Source of the DNA: an uncultured bacterium
Lineage (GTDB): Bacteria; Verrucomicrobiota; Verrucomicrobiia; Verrucomicrobiales; DEV007
DNA length: 64,000 bases
Direction of reading: 5' to 3'
Assembly (NCBI GenBank): GCA_963977015.1
Contig: CAXBMO010000012.1
Coordinates: 64,001 to 128,000, forward strand
The notes beneath the pieces are model-generated. The model worked only from the letters and a program-made list of their open reading frames with translations, did not search any database and was not told the origin of the DNA. This document shows positions 45,003 to 53,993 of the stretch, piece by piece (position 1 is the first letter of the stretch; each line of letters begins with the position of its first letter). A program made the translations under genes and the position numbers.

Positions 45003-47009
45003 ATGTTAGGGTGGCCCCAAAGCATGACAGCACGACAAAGGGTTCAACTTTGGAAGGCGGGCGATTTTTTCGTTGCCCTCCTGATTTTCCTAACACTATC
45101 AGTATCAACGCTGATGGCCGAGGAAGCGTCTACAAAGGCCGCTGCTTCTGAGGATCGGGGGCTTTCGGCGTGGATGGCAAAGCGATTTCAGCGAAAGGGC
45201 GGAGAATCTGCCCCAGCGACAGGGGAAACGGAAACACTCAAGGCGTCGGCAGAAGTTGAAGCCGTAGAACCGCCGCTTACCACCGAACTTTATCCGGCAA
45301 AACCATCGAGCACCAACTACAAGGGCACGCGATTCGAAAGGGACGTTGAAGAGGTTTTGGAAGGCCTGTATGAGGGGCTGGAAACCCGAGCGGAACAGAT
45401 CGATGATCCTGAGTTGCTGACTGGAAATTTGTCCGGCGTGTTGGATGAATCCGGCAAGTTTGACGCGGTTTGGAATGATCTTATCCGGCAGGGTTTTTGG
45501 CCGGCCCAGAAGCAGGTCACCCGAAGCGTTGACGAGACCTATGCCTTGTCTCTGCTTCACTCGAACCAGGTTCGATCCGCCACCAAGACTCCCTTGATCC
45601 GGGAAACCGCGTTGGTTGAGGCCGGGGAAACGTATGCCTTGGAGGCGTTCGCGGAAGGGGATATCCAACATTCCGACGAGCCAACGGGATCCTTGCTGTC
45701 GACTGGAAGCACCGGGCGGTTTGTTCAGGACGACAAGAATGGCGAAGTTGGCGTTCGAAAGCGGTTTTTGACGGGAACGGAACTTCGCCTCTCGAATCAA
45801 TTGGGCACGCTCGACAACAATTCTGACTTCTTGGATCCCAATCCCCAAACCAGCTCGGAAGTCGGGATTTCACTGATTCAGCCTATTTTTCGTGGGGGAG
45901 GCTACCAGTATCACCAGTCGATTTTCCGGCTCGCCGAGTTGGATAGTGAGGTTGCATCGGTCGGTTTTCTGCGTGGATTGGAAGGGCATTTACTGACGGT
46001 GAACCAAGCCTATTGGGGAGTCTATCTGGCTCGGGCCGCCTATCTCCAGCGAAAGGAGATGGTGAAGGAGACCCGGGACATTCTCGCGAAAATGGATGAT
46101 CGAGCGAGATTGGATGCCGACGCCACGGCTTCGGAACGGCTTCGTGCTCAAGCCACGTTGAAGAAGCGGGAAGCGGATTTGGCCCGCACCAAGATGCAGA
46201 TCAAGATTGCGGAGGAAAGGCTTCGTGCCCTCGTCAATGATCCTGACATGCCCATGGGATCCACCGGTGAAATGATTCCGGTGACTCGTCCTCAGCTGTC
46301 GCTTCCGCATGAAGACGTCCGTTTGGCGGTGGTCATGGCTCTCAACAATCGAGGAGAAGTCGTCCAAAGTGCGTTGGCGGTTCGCGCGGCCGTGATCCGA
46401 TGGAATCAAGCCGTCAAGGATCTCAAGCCTCAGCTGGATATCGTTGCTGAAGTCGGAGTCTCGGCATTGGATCGGGATCGAGATCTGGGAGGTGCCTATA
46501 GTGACCTCTCCGGACAGGATCCAGCCTGGAGGGCGGGGATTCGTTTCAGCCAGCCTCTGGAACGTCGATTTGTTCGCGCCAAGGTTCAACGCAGGGAGTT
46601 GGAATATCAGCAGGCGGTGGATAATTTCATGATTCGGGCCGACCAGATCATGTTGGAATCGTTGGTCAGCTATCGGGAAATGTTGGCCTCCTATCGTGAT
46701 ATGACAGGAAAATACGAGGCGGTAACGGCGTCTCGCGAAGACCTGCATCAACTGAGGGATCGTCTCAATATTGATGCCGATGGCAATCGCAACACGGTCT
46801 CCTATCAACTGCAATTGATCTTGGATGCAATGGACCGGAACAAGCAGGCTGAGGAAGAGTTCCTCGTCAGCGTCGTTACCTACAATACGGCTCTGGCTGC
46901 GTTGGAGCAGTCCAAAGGAACCTTTCTCCAATATAACAACGTCGAGATTTTGAGGGAAGAGACCGATGACGTGCTCGAGTCCGACTCCCTGAAGGTTCAG
47001 ATGCGTTAA
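45003..47009 (+). CDS. TolC family outer membrane efflux protein
   Basis: N-terminal hydrophobic segment and two OEP repeats (ISLIQPIFRG; PQLDI...IRFSQPL) with long coiled helices. Confidence 0.9.
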   Translation: MLGWPQSMTARQRVQLWKAGDFFVALLIFLTLSVSTLMAEEASTKAAASEDRGLSAWMAKRFQRKGGESAPATGETETLKASAEVEAVEPPLTTELYPAKPSSTNYKGTRFERDVEEVLEGLYEGLETRAEQIDDPELLTGNLSGVLDESGKFDAVWNDLIRQGFWPAQKQVTRSVDETYALSLLHSNQVRSATKTPLIRETALVEAGETYALEAFAEGDIQHSDEPTGSLLSTGSTGRFVQDDKNGEVGVRKRFLTGTELRLSNQLGTLDNNSDFLDPNPQTSSEVGISLIQPIFRGGGYQYHQSIFRLAELDSEVASVGFLRGLEGHLLTVNQAYWGVYLARAAYLQRKEMVKETRDILAKMDDRARLDADATASERLRAQATLKKREADLARTKMQIKIAEERLRALVNDPDMPMGSTGEMIPVTRPQLSLPHEDVRLAVVMALNNRGEVVQSALAVRAAVIRWNQAVKDLKPQLDIVAEVGVSALDRDRDLGGAYSDLSGQDPAWRAGIRFSQPLERRFVRAKVQRRELEYQQAVDNFMIRADQIMLESLVSYREMLASYRDMTGKYEAVTASREDLHQLRDRLNIDADGNRNTVSYQLQLILDAMDRNKQAEEEFLVSVVTYNTALAALEQSKGTFLQYNNVEILREETDDVLESDSLKVQMR

Positions 47010-47053
47010 TTGTTTTTAGCTGCGAAAGGTTTTTTTGAAGGTATGCTGGGCTG

Positions 47054-47974
47054 ATGGGATACTTCCGGCATGATGAGTATGTTGAACTGACAATGCACTT
47101 CAAATGCAATCTGAAGTGTGAGCATTGCATGATTGAAGGGACCATGAATTGGCTCAAACCGGAGTCGATTCAGCAGTTCCACTCGGTGTTGGAATTGAAC
47201 GCGCGCGAGAAGCGTTGGAAGGGAGTCATCTTTACCGGGGCAGAGGTCACGTTGTGCAAGGATCTGACGCAATGGGCTCGTCAGGCTCATCAAAACGGTT
47301 TTGAGAACGTCCGCATTCAAACGCATGGGATGAAATTGGCGGACCCGGACTACTGCGAGTCATTGGTCGATGCGGGGATCAATGAATATTTCATCAGCGT
47401 CACGGCTGCCGATGGTGAGACGCATGACGAAATCACCGGAGTTCCAGGTTCATGGGAAAAGACCATGGCAGGGATGGAGAATCTGAATCGATTCTCCGAT
47501 ATTGTGATGCACACCAACACGGTCATTACGCAACGCAGCTATCGTCAGCTTTCCCAGGTCATTCAGAGACTGCATCAATTGGAAAAGTTGGTTCAATTTG
47601 AGTTTTGGAACTATTGGCCCATGAGCGAATCGGATGGGAAGGATTTGATCGTGCCGCACGCGGAGGCGCTTCCCGAGATACGAAAAGCAATCCAACTGGC
47701 TGACCAATTAGGTAAAGAGATTGAAATTAAAAACTTTCCCGAATGCCTCTTGGGAAGGGACTCTGCGGCACTCAATAATTCGCAGCCCAAGCTGATCATC
47801 GATCCCGCCTTCTGGACGGAATTCAATCGCAATGGATTTCATCAATGCCGGCACCGCAGCTCCTGTCAAAGCACGCAGTGCCTCGGTCTCAATACGGCTT
47901 ATATAAATCGATATGGCTGGGAGGCTGATATGCTAACGCCAATCGCAGCGAAGGACGATGGAATCCCGTCTTGA
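47054..47974 (+). CDS. Radical SAM protein with C-terminal Cys cluster (HxsC-like maturase appearance)
   Basis: CNLKCEHC (CxxxCxxC), FTGAE, IQTHG, NFPECLL and C-terminal CRHRSSCQSTQCLG. Confidence 0.9.
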   Translation: MGYFRHDEYVELTMHFKCNLKCEHCMIEGTMNWLKPESIQQFHSVLELNAREKRWKGVIFTGAEVTLCKDLTQWARQAHQNGFENVRIQTHGMKLADPDYCESLVDAGINEYFISVTAADGETHDEITGVPGSWEKTMAGMENLNRFSDIVMHTNTVITQRSYRQLSQVIQRLHQLEKLVQFEFWNYWPMSESDGKDLIVPHAEALPEIRKAIQLADQLGKEIEIKNFPECLLGRDSAALNNSQPKLIIDPAFWTEFNRNGFHQCRHRSSCQSTQCLGLNTAYINRYGWEADMLTPIAAKDDGIPS

Positions 47975-48761
47975 GATTGAAGCTCCAAGCGGCACTCGGC
48001 GGTTATTCCAACGGATTGAATCGTTAGGAGTTCCGTTCATCCATGAGCGGTCGATTCGGTTTTCCCGAGGCTATATGGGGACCAAACGTTGCCTTTTGAG
48101 TATTGATCCGCAAAAGTTGGGGTCGCATTCCGGCGAAGTCATCCCGGCGGTTTGTCAGGAGCTGGGGATGCCGCATTCGCTTTCTGAAACGGTTCTTCAC
48201 TGGCTCCCGGAGGCAACGTTTGTCCATTTTGGGTTCGAAGATGACAGGAATCAATCCCGCTATAAAGTCTACTTTGAACAGCAGCGAAAACCGAATCAAG
48301 CCGGTGAACCGATCCTGCTTCATGTTGCTTTCAAGTGGAAGGTCCCATCATCCGAGCAATGGGTTGAATCCCGTTATTTTTGGTATCCGGACCAAACGCC
48401 GTCAGATCTCTGCCACAAGATCGGAGGCTACCATCGTGACCCTGAGAGCCCTTTGCTTGAGAGCATCAGAAGCATGATCAAACACGCTGGTTCGGCCGAA
48501 CTTCTGGAAGTCAGGGAGGAGAGGGGAGGGCGTTTTTCCTATGATCTCAATTTTTACGACAGCAATGTGGGAGTCCAATCCATTCGCGACGAGTTGGGAA
48601 TGGTGGGAGATTACTTCGGGATCCCGGAAGACGTAATCGAGACGTTGCTATCACGGATAGGGAGCGAAGATCTTGGGCATATTGCTAGCGGCCTGCATCG
48701 TGATGGAGAAGAGTTCCTTACTCTTTATTTTGGAGCGAGAATTCACCATGGACATTGTTGA
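47958..48761 (+). CDS. Hypothetical protein, possible ABBA/PT-barrel fold
   Basis: 267 aa, overlaps both neighbours; five predicted beta-hairpins. The fold call is inference. Confidence 0.8.
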   Translation: MESRLEIEAPSGTRRLFQRIESLGVPFIHERSIRFSRGYMGTKRCLLSIDPQKLGSHSGEVIPAVCQELGMPHSLSETVLHWLPEATFVHFGFEDDRNQSRYKVYFEQQRKPNQAGEPILLHVAFKWKVPSSEQWVESRYFWYPDQTPSDLCHKIGGYHRDPESPLLESIRSMIKHAGSAELLEVREERGGRFSYDLNFYDSNVGVQSIRDELGMVGDYFGIPEDVIETLLSRIGSEDLGHIASGLHRDGEEFLTLYFGARIHHGHC

Positions 48762-49608
48762 ACAAGCCACCCCGCAGGACTATTACTACAACTACTGTTG
48801 GTGGCCGTATCAACCGCAGGCTCCGACTGATGGAAAGATTCGGGCATCAAGCCTGCTGTTTCATTCGTTTGCATTGACAGGCGTTTTTGCGCCAGCCCGG
48901 CAGATTTGCGAAACGATGCGCACCGAGATCGGCTGTTTTCGAACCGTGTATGGAGTAAAATGGGCCGAAGGAAAACTCTCCTGGGAATACTATCTCTATG
49001 ATTACAAACGGGAGAATCGTAACGTTTCGATGTCGCGAGTCTTTCAGGCCCTACAGCCTCATCTTGAATGTTCTGTTCCGTTCCCGGAAGATCGACCCTA
49101 TTTCATGTTCTCATTTGATCTTGATCCGGATCTCATGAAAACCACTCCGAGGGTCGACAAGGTCAATATGTACATCGGAAATCCGGGGAGTACGGTTTCA
49201 TCAGGAATCTCCTATGGATTAACGCCCGAAAAGACGGAGATGGAGAATCTCTACTTCTTTTTTGACGCGAGATCCCAGATGTCTGAGGTGCTTGAGAAGC
49301 TCAGGTGCTCCGCCTTTCATCGTGGCGATGATTTTGTGATCGAAAATGTACTACACAAGGAGCTTCGGAACTGCCACACCATTTGTCTCGCGAACAAGCG
49401 CAATCGCGATACGGTCTACTATTCAGGAGTGGGTGTACAGCAACTGCGCTGGTTTCTGGAAGCGTTCAACTATCCTGCCGAAATCACGGATTTCGTGGCG
49501 GCGCATCAACATCAGTTGGATCACCTTCTCTTTGACGTCGGCTTTGACTATCAGGTGGTTGATGGGCGGGCGAAGGCGGTCAAAAGTGGTTTCTACGCCG
49601 TTTTTTAA
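48748..49608 (+). CDS. Hypothetical protein, aromatic-rich, possible ABBA/PT-barrel fold
   Basis: 286 aa from ATG 48748 (GGAG upstream), overlaps the previous gene. The fold call is inference. Confidence 0.8.
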   Translation: MDIVEQATPQDYYYNYCWWPYQPQAPTDGKIRASSLLFHSFALTGVFAPARQICETMRTEIGCFRTVYGVKWAEGKLSWEYYLYDYKRENRNVSMSRVFQALQPHLECSVPFPEDRPYFMFSFDLDPDLMKTTPRVDKVNMYIGNPGSTVSSGISYGLTPEKTEMENLYFFFDARSQMSEVLEKLRCSAFHRGDDFVIENVLHKELRNCHTICLANKRNRDTVYYSGVGVQQLRWFLEAFNYPAEITDFVAAHQHQLDHLLFDVGFDYQVVDGRAKAVKSGFYAVF

Positions 49609-51128
49609 AGAGGAGGGCGGTGGATCGTTTCCAGCAGTTCCCGGTGAGTGGGGAGCGAATCGGCCAACGATTGATGACGCTGCCGAATTTGATCGAAGAT
49701 CGGCAGGACTTTCTCGAAGTTGGAAACATCAGCGCGAGTCGCGTGACGACGGGGAAGCTGGTCTGCGGCGGCGAAGAGAGAATACCACGTTGCGTCAGGA
49801 GCGAAGTCGCTCAAATGAGGTTCAATCCTTCCGTTCTCCAGATAGGTTTGCAGGCCCTGGTCCAGCGTGCTGGAAAGGGGCGCCTTTCGGCACTGTTCCC
49901 AGACGGCGCCTGGTCGGCGGCTCAAGCGATAGTGTGCCTGGGCAAAGTCGCGTGCCGCCTGGTAGGACTTTCCAACCATCTCATTGTATTGGGAAGAGAG
50001 CGTGGGATTGAATTCGCGGTCCGGAAAATAATCCAGCAGGAGGCCAAGACTTCGTTGTAACAACGAAACAGGAGGGCTGAGCAAGGGATCGATAAAACCG
50101 GCAGCGCTTCCGAGTGACACGCAATTGGCAGACCAAAACCGGGTTCGCCGACCGTTCTTATATTGGAAATGGATCGGCTCAGCACTTCGCCCCTTGATGG
50201 AGAAGTCCTGACTGACGTTCTCATGAAGAGCGGCAAACGTCTGGTCCGGCAGAGTGTGCTGGCTGGAGGTAAGGGATCCCCATTGAAGGCGATGACTGAG
50301 CGGCAACTTCCAGTCCCAACCCTCGTTGGTGGCCATGACGGTGGTAAAAGGAGGTGACTGCTCGTCGCGAGGCAACCGCAGAAAGACGGCCTGATCCAGA
50401 GGAAGGGCGTCGGACCAACTTTGCCAGGGATCTCCCAACGCTTTCTCAATCAAGGTGCCGGATGAACCTGTGCAATCGAGATACAGATCGGCGGTGAAGG
50501 TCCGGCCTTGAGAGGTTTGGACGCTTTCGATTGAGCCATTAGCTCGCAGAGTCGGCTCGACAACACTGTCAAAGACTTGCTCAACGCCTTCTCCAATGGC
50601 GAGGGTGGTGAGGAAGTTTTTGAAGGCGGTGACGTCGACGTGATAGGAGATGGCTCCGGATTGGATGACCGGTGACTCTCCTTGAAAGGGCCGCGGTGCC
50701 TTGGATTGTTCACAAAGCAGCGCGTGGAGCGAGTAGTCGGTATAGTTGCCTTTCGATTGGCCGCAATGCAGGGCTTTGAGCCAAAATTGAAAGAGGTCGA
50801 GCCCATCGATGGAACTATTGAGTCCTCCGATAGGCTCCCAGAATCGGGAACCGTCCTGGACCCAGTTTTGGAACTGGGTTGCGACCTTGTAGGTGGCGTT
50901 GGATTGGCGCATGAAATGCGCCTCATCCAATCGCATGGCGAAAAGATACTGAAGGAGCGGCGCGGAAGAGCAGACTTCATCCGGATCAGGCTCGACGGAG
51001 TCAAGCAGGGTGATCTGGCAGCCTGTTTTCCCCAGCGTACGATTCAAGTACGCCGCCGACATCCAGCCGGTCAGGCCGCCACCGGCGATCAGGATCTTTT
51101 CTATCCGGCCTGAAGTTTGCGTGGGCAA
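49605..51128 (-). CDS. Tryptophan halogenase-family flavoprotein (divergent)
   Basis: IAGGGLTG, ATYK (catalytic Lys position), ADLYLDCTG, GWDWKLP and NCVSLG. TTG start; stop overlaps the convergent gene. Confidence 0.9.
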   Translation of the reverse strand: MPTQTSGRIEKILIAGGGLTGWMSAAYLNRTLGKTGCQITLLDSVEPDPDEVCSSAPLLQYLFAMRLDEAHFMRQSNATYKVATQFQNWVQDGSRFWEPIGGLNSSIDGLDLFQFWLKALHCGQSKGNYTDYSLHALLCEQSKAPRPFQGESPVIQSGAISYHVDVTAFKNFLTTLAIGEGVEQVFDSVVEPTLRANGSIESVQTSQGRTFTADLYLDCTGSSGTLIEKALGDPWQSWSDALPLDQAVFLRLPRDEQSPPFTTVMATNEGWDWKLPLSHRLQWGSLTSSQHTLPDQTFAALHENVSQDFSIKGRSAEPIHFQYKNGRRTRFWSANCVSLGSAAGFIDPLLSPPVSLLQRSLGLLLDYFPDREFNPTLSSQYNEMVGKSYQAARDFAQAHYRLSRRPGAVWEQCRKAPLSSTLDQGLQTYLENGRIEPHLSDFAPDATWYSLFAAADQLPRRHATRADVSNFEKVLPIFDQIRQRHQSLADSLPTHRELLETIHRPPL

Positions 51129-51139
51129 AGGCAGCGGTC

Positions 51140-51466
51140 CTATTCAGTCGCGGCGGGTTCCGCACTTTCCGAGCCACCAGCTCCTTTGCTGATCTGGCGC
51201 AGTACTCCGGCAAGGGTGTTTACCAGATTGGCGGCGCTACTCGGAGTCATCGCAATTCGTGATTGGATGGGCAGAACGTGATTGTTGCTGGACTGATCTG
51301 AAATGATTCCCGTCGAAAAATCGAGGATGATTTGGTCGCGTCCACTGTTGACGATGACCTGATTGGCAAAAACGGCAGAGGTTTCCTCATAAAGAATACG
51401 GACATTTGGTTTTCCGTGTTGTTCGAGTTGAACTGGATCAGTAGCAGGCGTGGTTGAATCACTCAT
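51140..51466 (-). CDS. DUF3467 domain protein (paralog 1)
   Basis: FANQVIVNSGRDQIILDFS...SRIAMTPSSAANL. Confidence 0.85.
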   Translation of the reverse strand: MSDSTTPATDPVQLEQHGKPNVRILYEETSAVFANQVIVNSGRDQIILDFSTGIISDQSSNNHVLPIQSRIAMTPSSAANLVNTLAGVLRQISKGAGGSESAEPAATE

Positions 51467-51513
51467 AATTGAATATAATAGAGAATATAATAAGGGAGTG
51501 TGATGGTAGATTG

Positions 51514-51894
51514 TTATTCCGTTTCAGAAGACGGTGGAGACAGAATTTGATGAAGGGTAGTAATAAGATTTTGAGCCGTCTGTGGAGTCATGGCTACGCG
51601 TTCCTGGATCGGAAGAATATGACTACCGGAACCATGATCGGAAATTAACCCGGTTGAAAAATCCAGGATGATCTGTCCCCCTCCGGCGTTGGCGATAAAA
51701 CGATTGGCAAAGAGCGCGGATGTCTTCTCATAGAGAATGCGGACATCCGGTTTGCTGTGTTGCTCCAGAACCGGTGGCTCGGCGATGGTTTCTGAAACGA
51801 CTTCACTGGTTGCTTCGGGCAACTCTGGAGTGGCTTCGATGGCGACTTCTGGTTCCTTCTTCGGCTTAGGGGCCGTCTTTTTCCTTCCAAACAT
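51514..51894 (-). CDS. DUF3467 domain protein (paralog 2)
   Basis: FANRFIANAGGGQIILDFS...ERVAMTPQTAQNL. Start placed at MFGRKK (51894). Confidence 0.85.
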   Translation of the reverse strand: MFGRKKTAPKPKKEPEVAIEATPELPEATSEVVSETIAEPPVLEQHSKPDVRILYEKTSALFANRFIANAGGGQIILDFSTGLISDHGSGSHILPIQERVAMTPQTAQNLITTLHQILSPPSSETE

Positions 51895-52050
51895 GGGTCC
51901 AAGGTCAATGGCTGAGTAACATGGGCCAACAGCTTTGGCGAAGCGCAAGCTACTTTGTCGTTTTGTTAGGATTGTAGCTTTGGCGCACTGGTCGTCAAGC
52001 TTCACAATGGGATCTTTGTGGGCTTATTTGGCATCAATCCTTTGTTGCTT

Positions 52051-52090
52051 GTTTAAATATTATGAATATTATGCAAAAATTAACTAATTG
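52051..52090. promoter_or_regulatory. AT-rich divergent promoter with tandem 9-mer AATATTATG x2
   Basis: AATATTATG at 52056-52064 and 52065-52073, between the divergent operons. Confidence 0.5.
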
Positions 52091-52116
52091 GATGAAGTCC
52101 GCTTCATTCTGTTTTC

Positions 52117-53985
52117 ATGAGTACCACTTCCCTTCCCGCCGAATCCCATCTTCAGGCGTTGGGTGCATCCAATGCCCAACCGCAGGATTGGTCTGCTGAA
52201 ATTCAGTCGATCCTGGGACTTGGAAGTGATGATGAGTTTCTTGCCGCCGTCGTGTCGCTGGTGGCAAGTGTGACGAAAGCCGGTGGGAGTTTTCTGTTTG
52301 TTCCCAACGGTCCGGAGGGGCGGCCCCAGTGTGCCGTGAGCCGGATGTTGACCGGCGTAAGCCTTGAGTTGTTGAACTCCGAGCGGGTTCAGGGCGGGAT
52401 TTCTCAAACGATTCGAGATGGAAAGATTACGCAGATCGAAGTCGTCAATCACGGGAAGCCTTCGGTGTGGATCAATGTTCCGAGCCCAAGTCTCTCTACC
52501 GGCCGGTGGAGTTTGTCGGCATTGGTGGAGAATACCGATCGATCCCGGTTGGAGGACGCCACTTCGCTTTTGCAGATGGTGACGCTTTTGCTGGATCAAC
52601 GAAGGCGCTTGGGAAATACAGGAAAGCTGAAGGCCGGATTCAGCCAGGCCACTCTGTTTCTGGAGCTTTTGTGCCGGACCGGAACGGATGTGGAGTTGGA
52701 GCGCTCGGTGGCGACCCTCGCCAATGACCTGAAGGGGTTTGTCGACTGCCATCAGGTTGCCATTGGAATTGGGAACCGCCGAAGCTGCCGCGCCAGCGCA
52801 ATTTCAGGAGCGGGTCGATTCGATCGCCGTGCGCAACCGGCCATCCATCTTCGCGCCTTCATGGAGGAGGCGATCGGAGTGGATTCGGCAATCTGTTGGC
52901 CCTATACCAAAGATCTGCCCCGAGAGGTGATGGTGAGTGGAAATCACGATCGGTTGCTGGAGGTTCTGGACATCAAGTTTGCGATGGCGATTCCCCTCAA
53001 GACGGAAGAGGGCGATACCGTCGGGGCCGTGGTGTTTCTCGATCAGGCAGGGAGTTCATCACTGGTTCGACGTTGGGAACTTCTTCAGGCAATGTCGCCT
53101 CACGTCGCCGCCGTGACGCGGTTGATGGCGTCCAGTAAACCGCGCGGAAAATGGGCCGTGATCCGGCGGAAACTGAAAGAGAAATCCGGCGCGAAACGGT
53201 TGGTGATCGGGTTGTTGGTTGCCGCCTCGATGGCAGCCATGTGGATACCCGTTCCCTATTCCATTTCAGCAAGATGCCAGTTGGAACCTGTGGTGACCCG
53301 GCAGATTGCGGCTCCCTTTGACGGGGTGCTGGCTCGTCCCGAAGTGAAGCCTGGCGCGATGGTGGTGGAAGGCCAGTTGCTCGCAACGTTGGACGGAAAA
53401 GAGATTGGCTGGAGGCTGGCCGAAGCGGTGTCGAAACATGACATTGCCTTGAAACGCCGGGCCCAGGGAATTGCCAACGATGATATTCAATCCGCTCAAT
53501 TGGCGGATCTGGAGGTGAAGGCCAAGGCTCTTGAAGTCAAGATCTTGCGGCATCATCAGCTGAACCTTGAGGTCCTTGCCCCGATTGACGGCATGGTCCT
53601 CAGTGGCGATCTCAAGCAATCAGAGGGGGTGCCCGTTTCGAAGGGTCAACAGCTGTTCGAAATCGCAAAAATTGACCAGTTGCGGGTGGAGATCGGGGTC
53701 CCCGATTCCGAGGTCAGTCACATCCGTACCGGGATGAAGGTAAATCTCCGACTGGACTCCCAAGTGCAAAGTCATCTGGAGACGGAGGTGGACTCCATCA
53801 GCCCCGCCTCGACCGCAAAAGACAATCGCAATGTGTTCGTCTGTCATGCCTCAATCGGGAATGAAGCGGGATTGTTGCGACCTGGAATGCAGGGAAAGGC
53901 GAGGATCTGGTCCGATCATCGGAAGTTGGGCTGGATAGTCTTCCATAAACCCTGGGAAACGATTCGGCGCTACCTTTGGTTCTAA
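52117..53985 (+). CDS. GAF-domain-fused HlyD/membrane fusion protein
   Basis: Cytoplasmic GAF-like region (AMAIPLKTEEGDTVGAVVF), a TM, IAAPFDGVL..VKPGAMVVEGQLL and APIDGMV lipoyl halves, and LLRPGMQGKARI. Confidence 0.9.
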   Translation: MSTTSLPAESHLQALGASNAQPQDWSAEIQSILGLGSDDEFLAAVVSLVASVTKAGGSFLFVPNGPEGRPQCAVSRMLTGVSLELLNSERVQGGISQTIRDGKITQIEVVNHGKPSVWINVPSPSLSTGRWSLSALVENTDRSRLEDATSLLQMVTLLLDQRRRLGNTGKLKAGFSQATLFLELLCRTGTDVELERSVATLANDLKGFVDCHQVAIGIGNRRSCRASAISGAGRFDRRAQPAIHLRAFMEEAIGVDSAICWPYTKDLPREVMVSGNHDRLLEVLDIKFAMAIPLKTEEGDTVGAVVFLDQAGSSSLVRRWELLQAMSPHVAAVTRLMASSKPRGKWAVIRRKLKEKSGAKRLVIGLLVAASMAAMWIPVPYSISARCQLEPVVTRQIAAPFDGVLARPEVKPGAMVVEGQLLATLDGKEIGWRLAEAVSKHDIALKRRAQGIANDDIQSAQLADLEVKAKALEVKILRHHQLNLEVLAPIDGMVLSGDLKQSEGVPVSKGQQLFEIAKIDQLRVEIGVPDSEVSHIRTGMKVNLRLDSQVQSHLETEVDSISPASTAKDNRNVFVCHASIGNEAGLLRPGMQGKARIWSDHRKLGWIVFHKPWETIRRYLWF

Positions 53986-53993
53986 GCAAAGCA

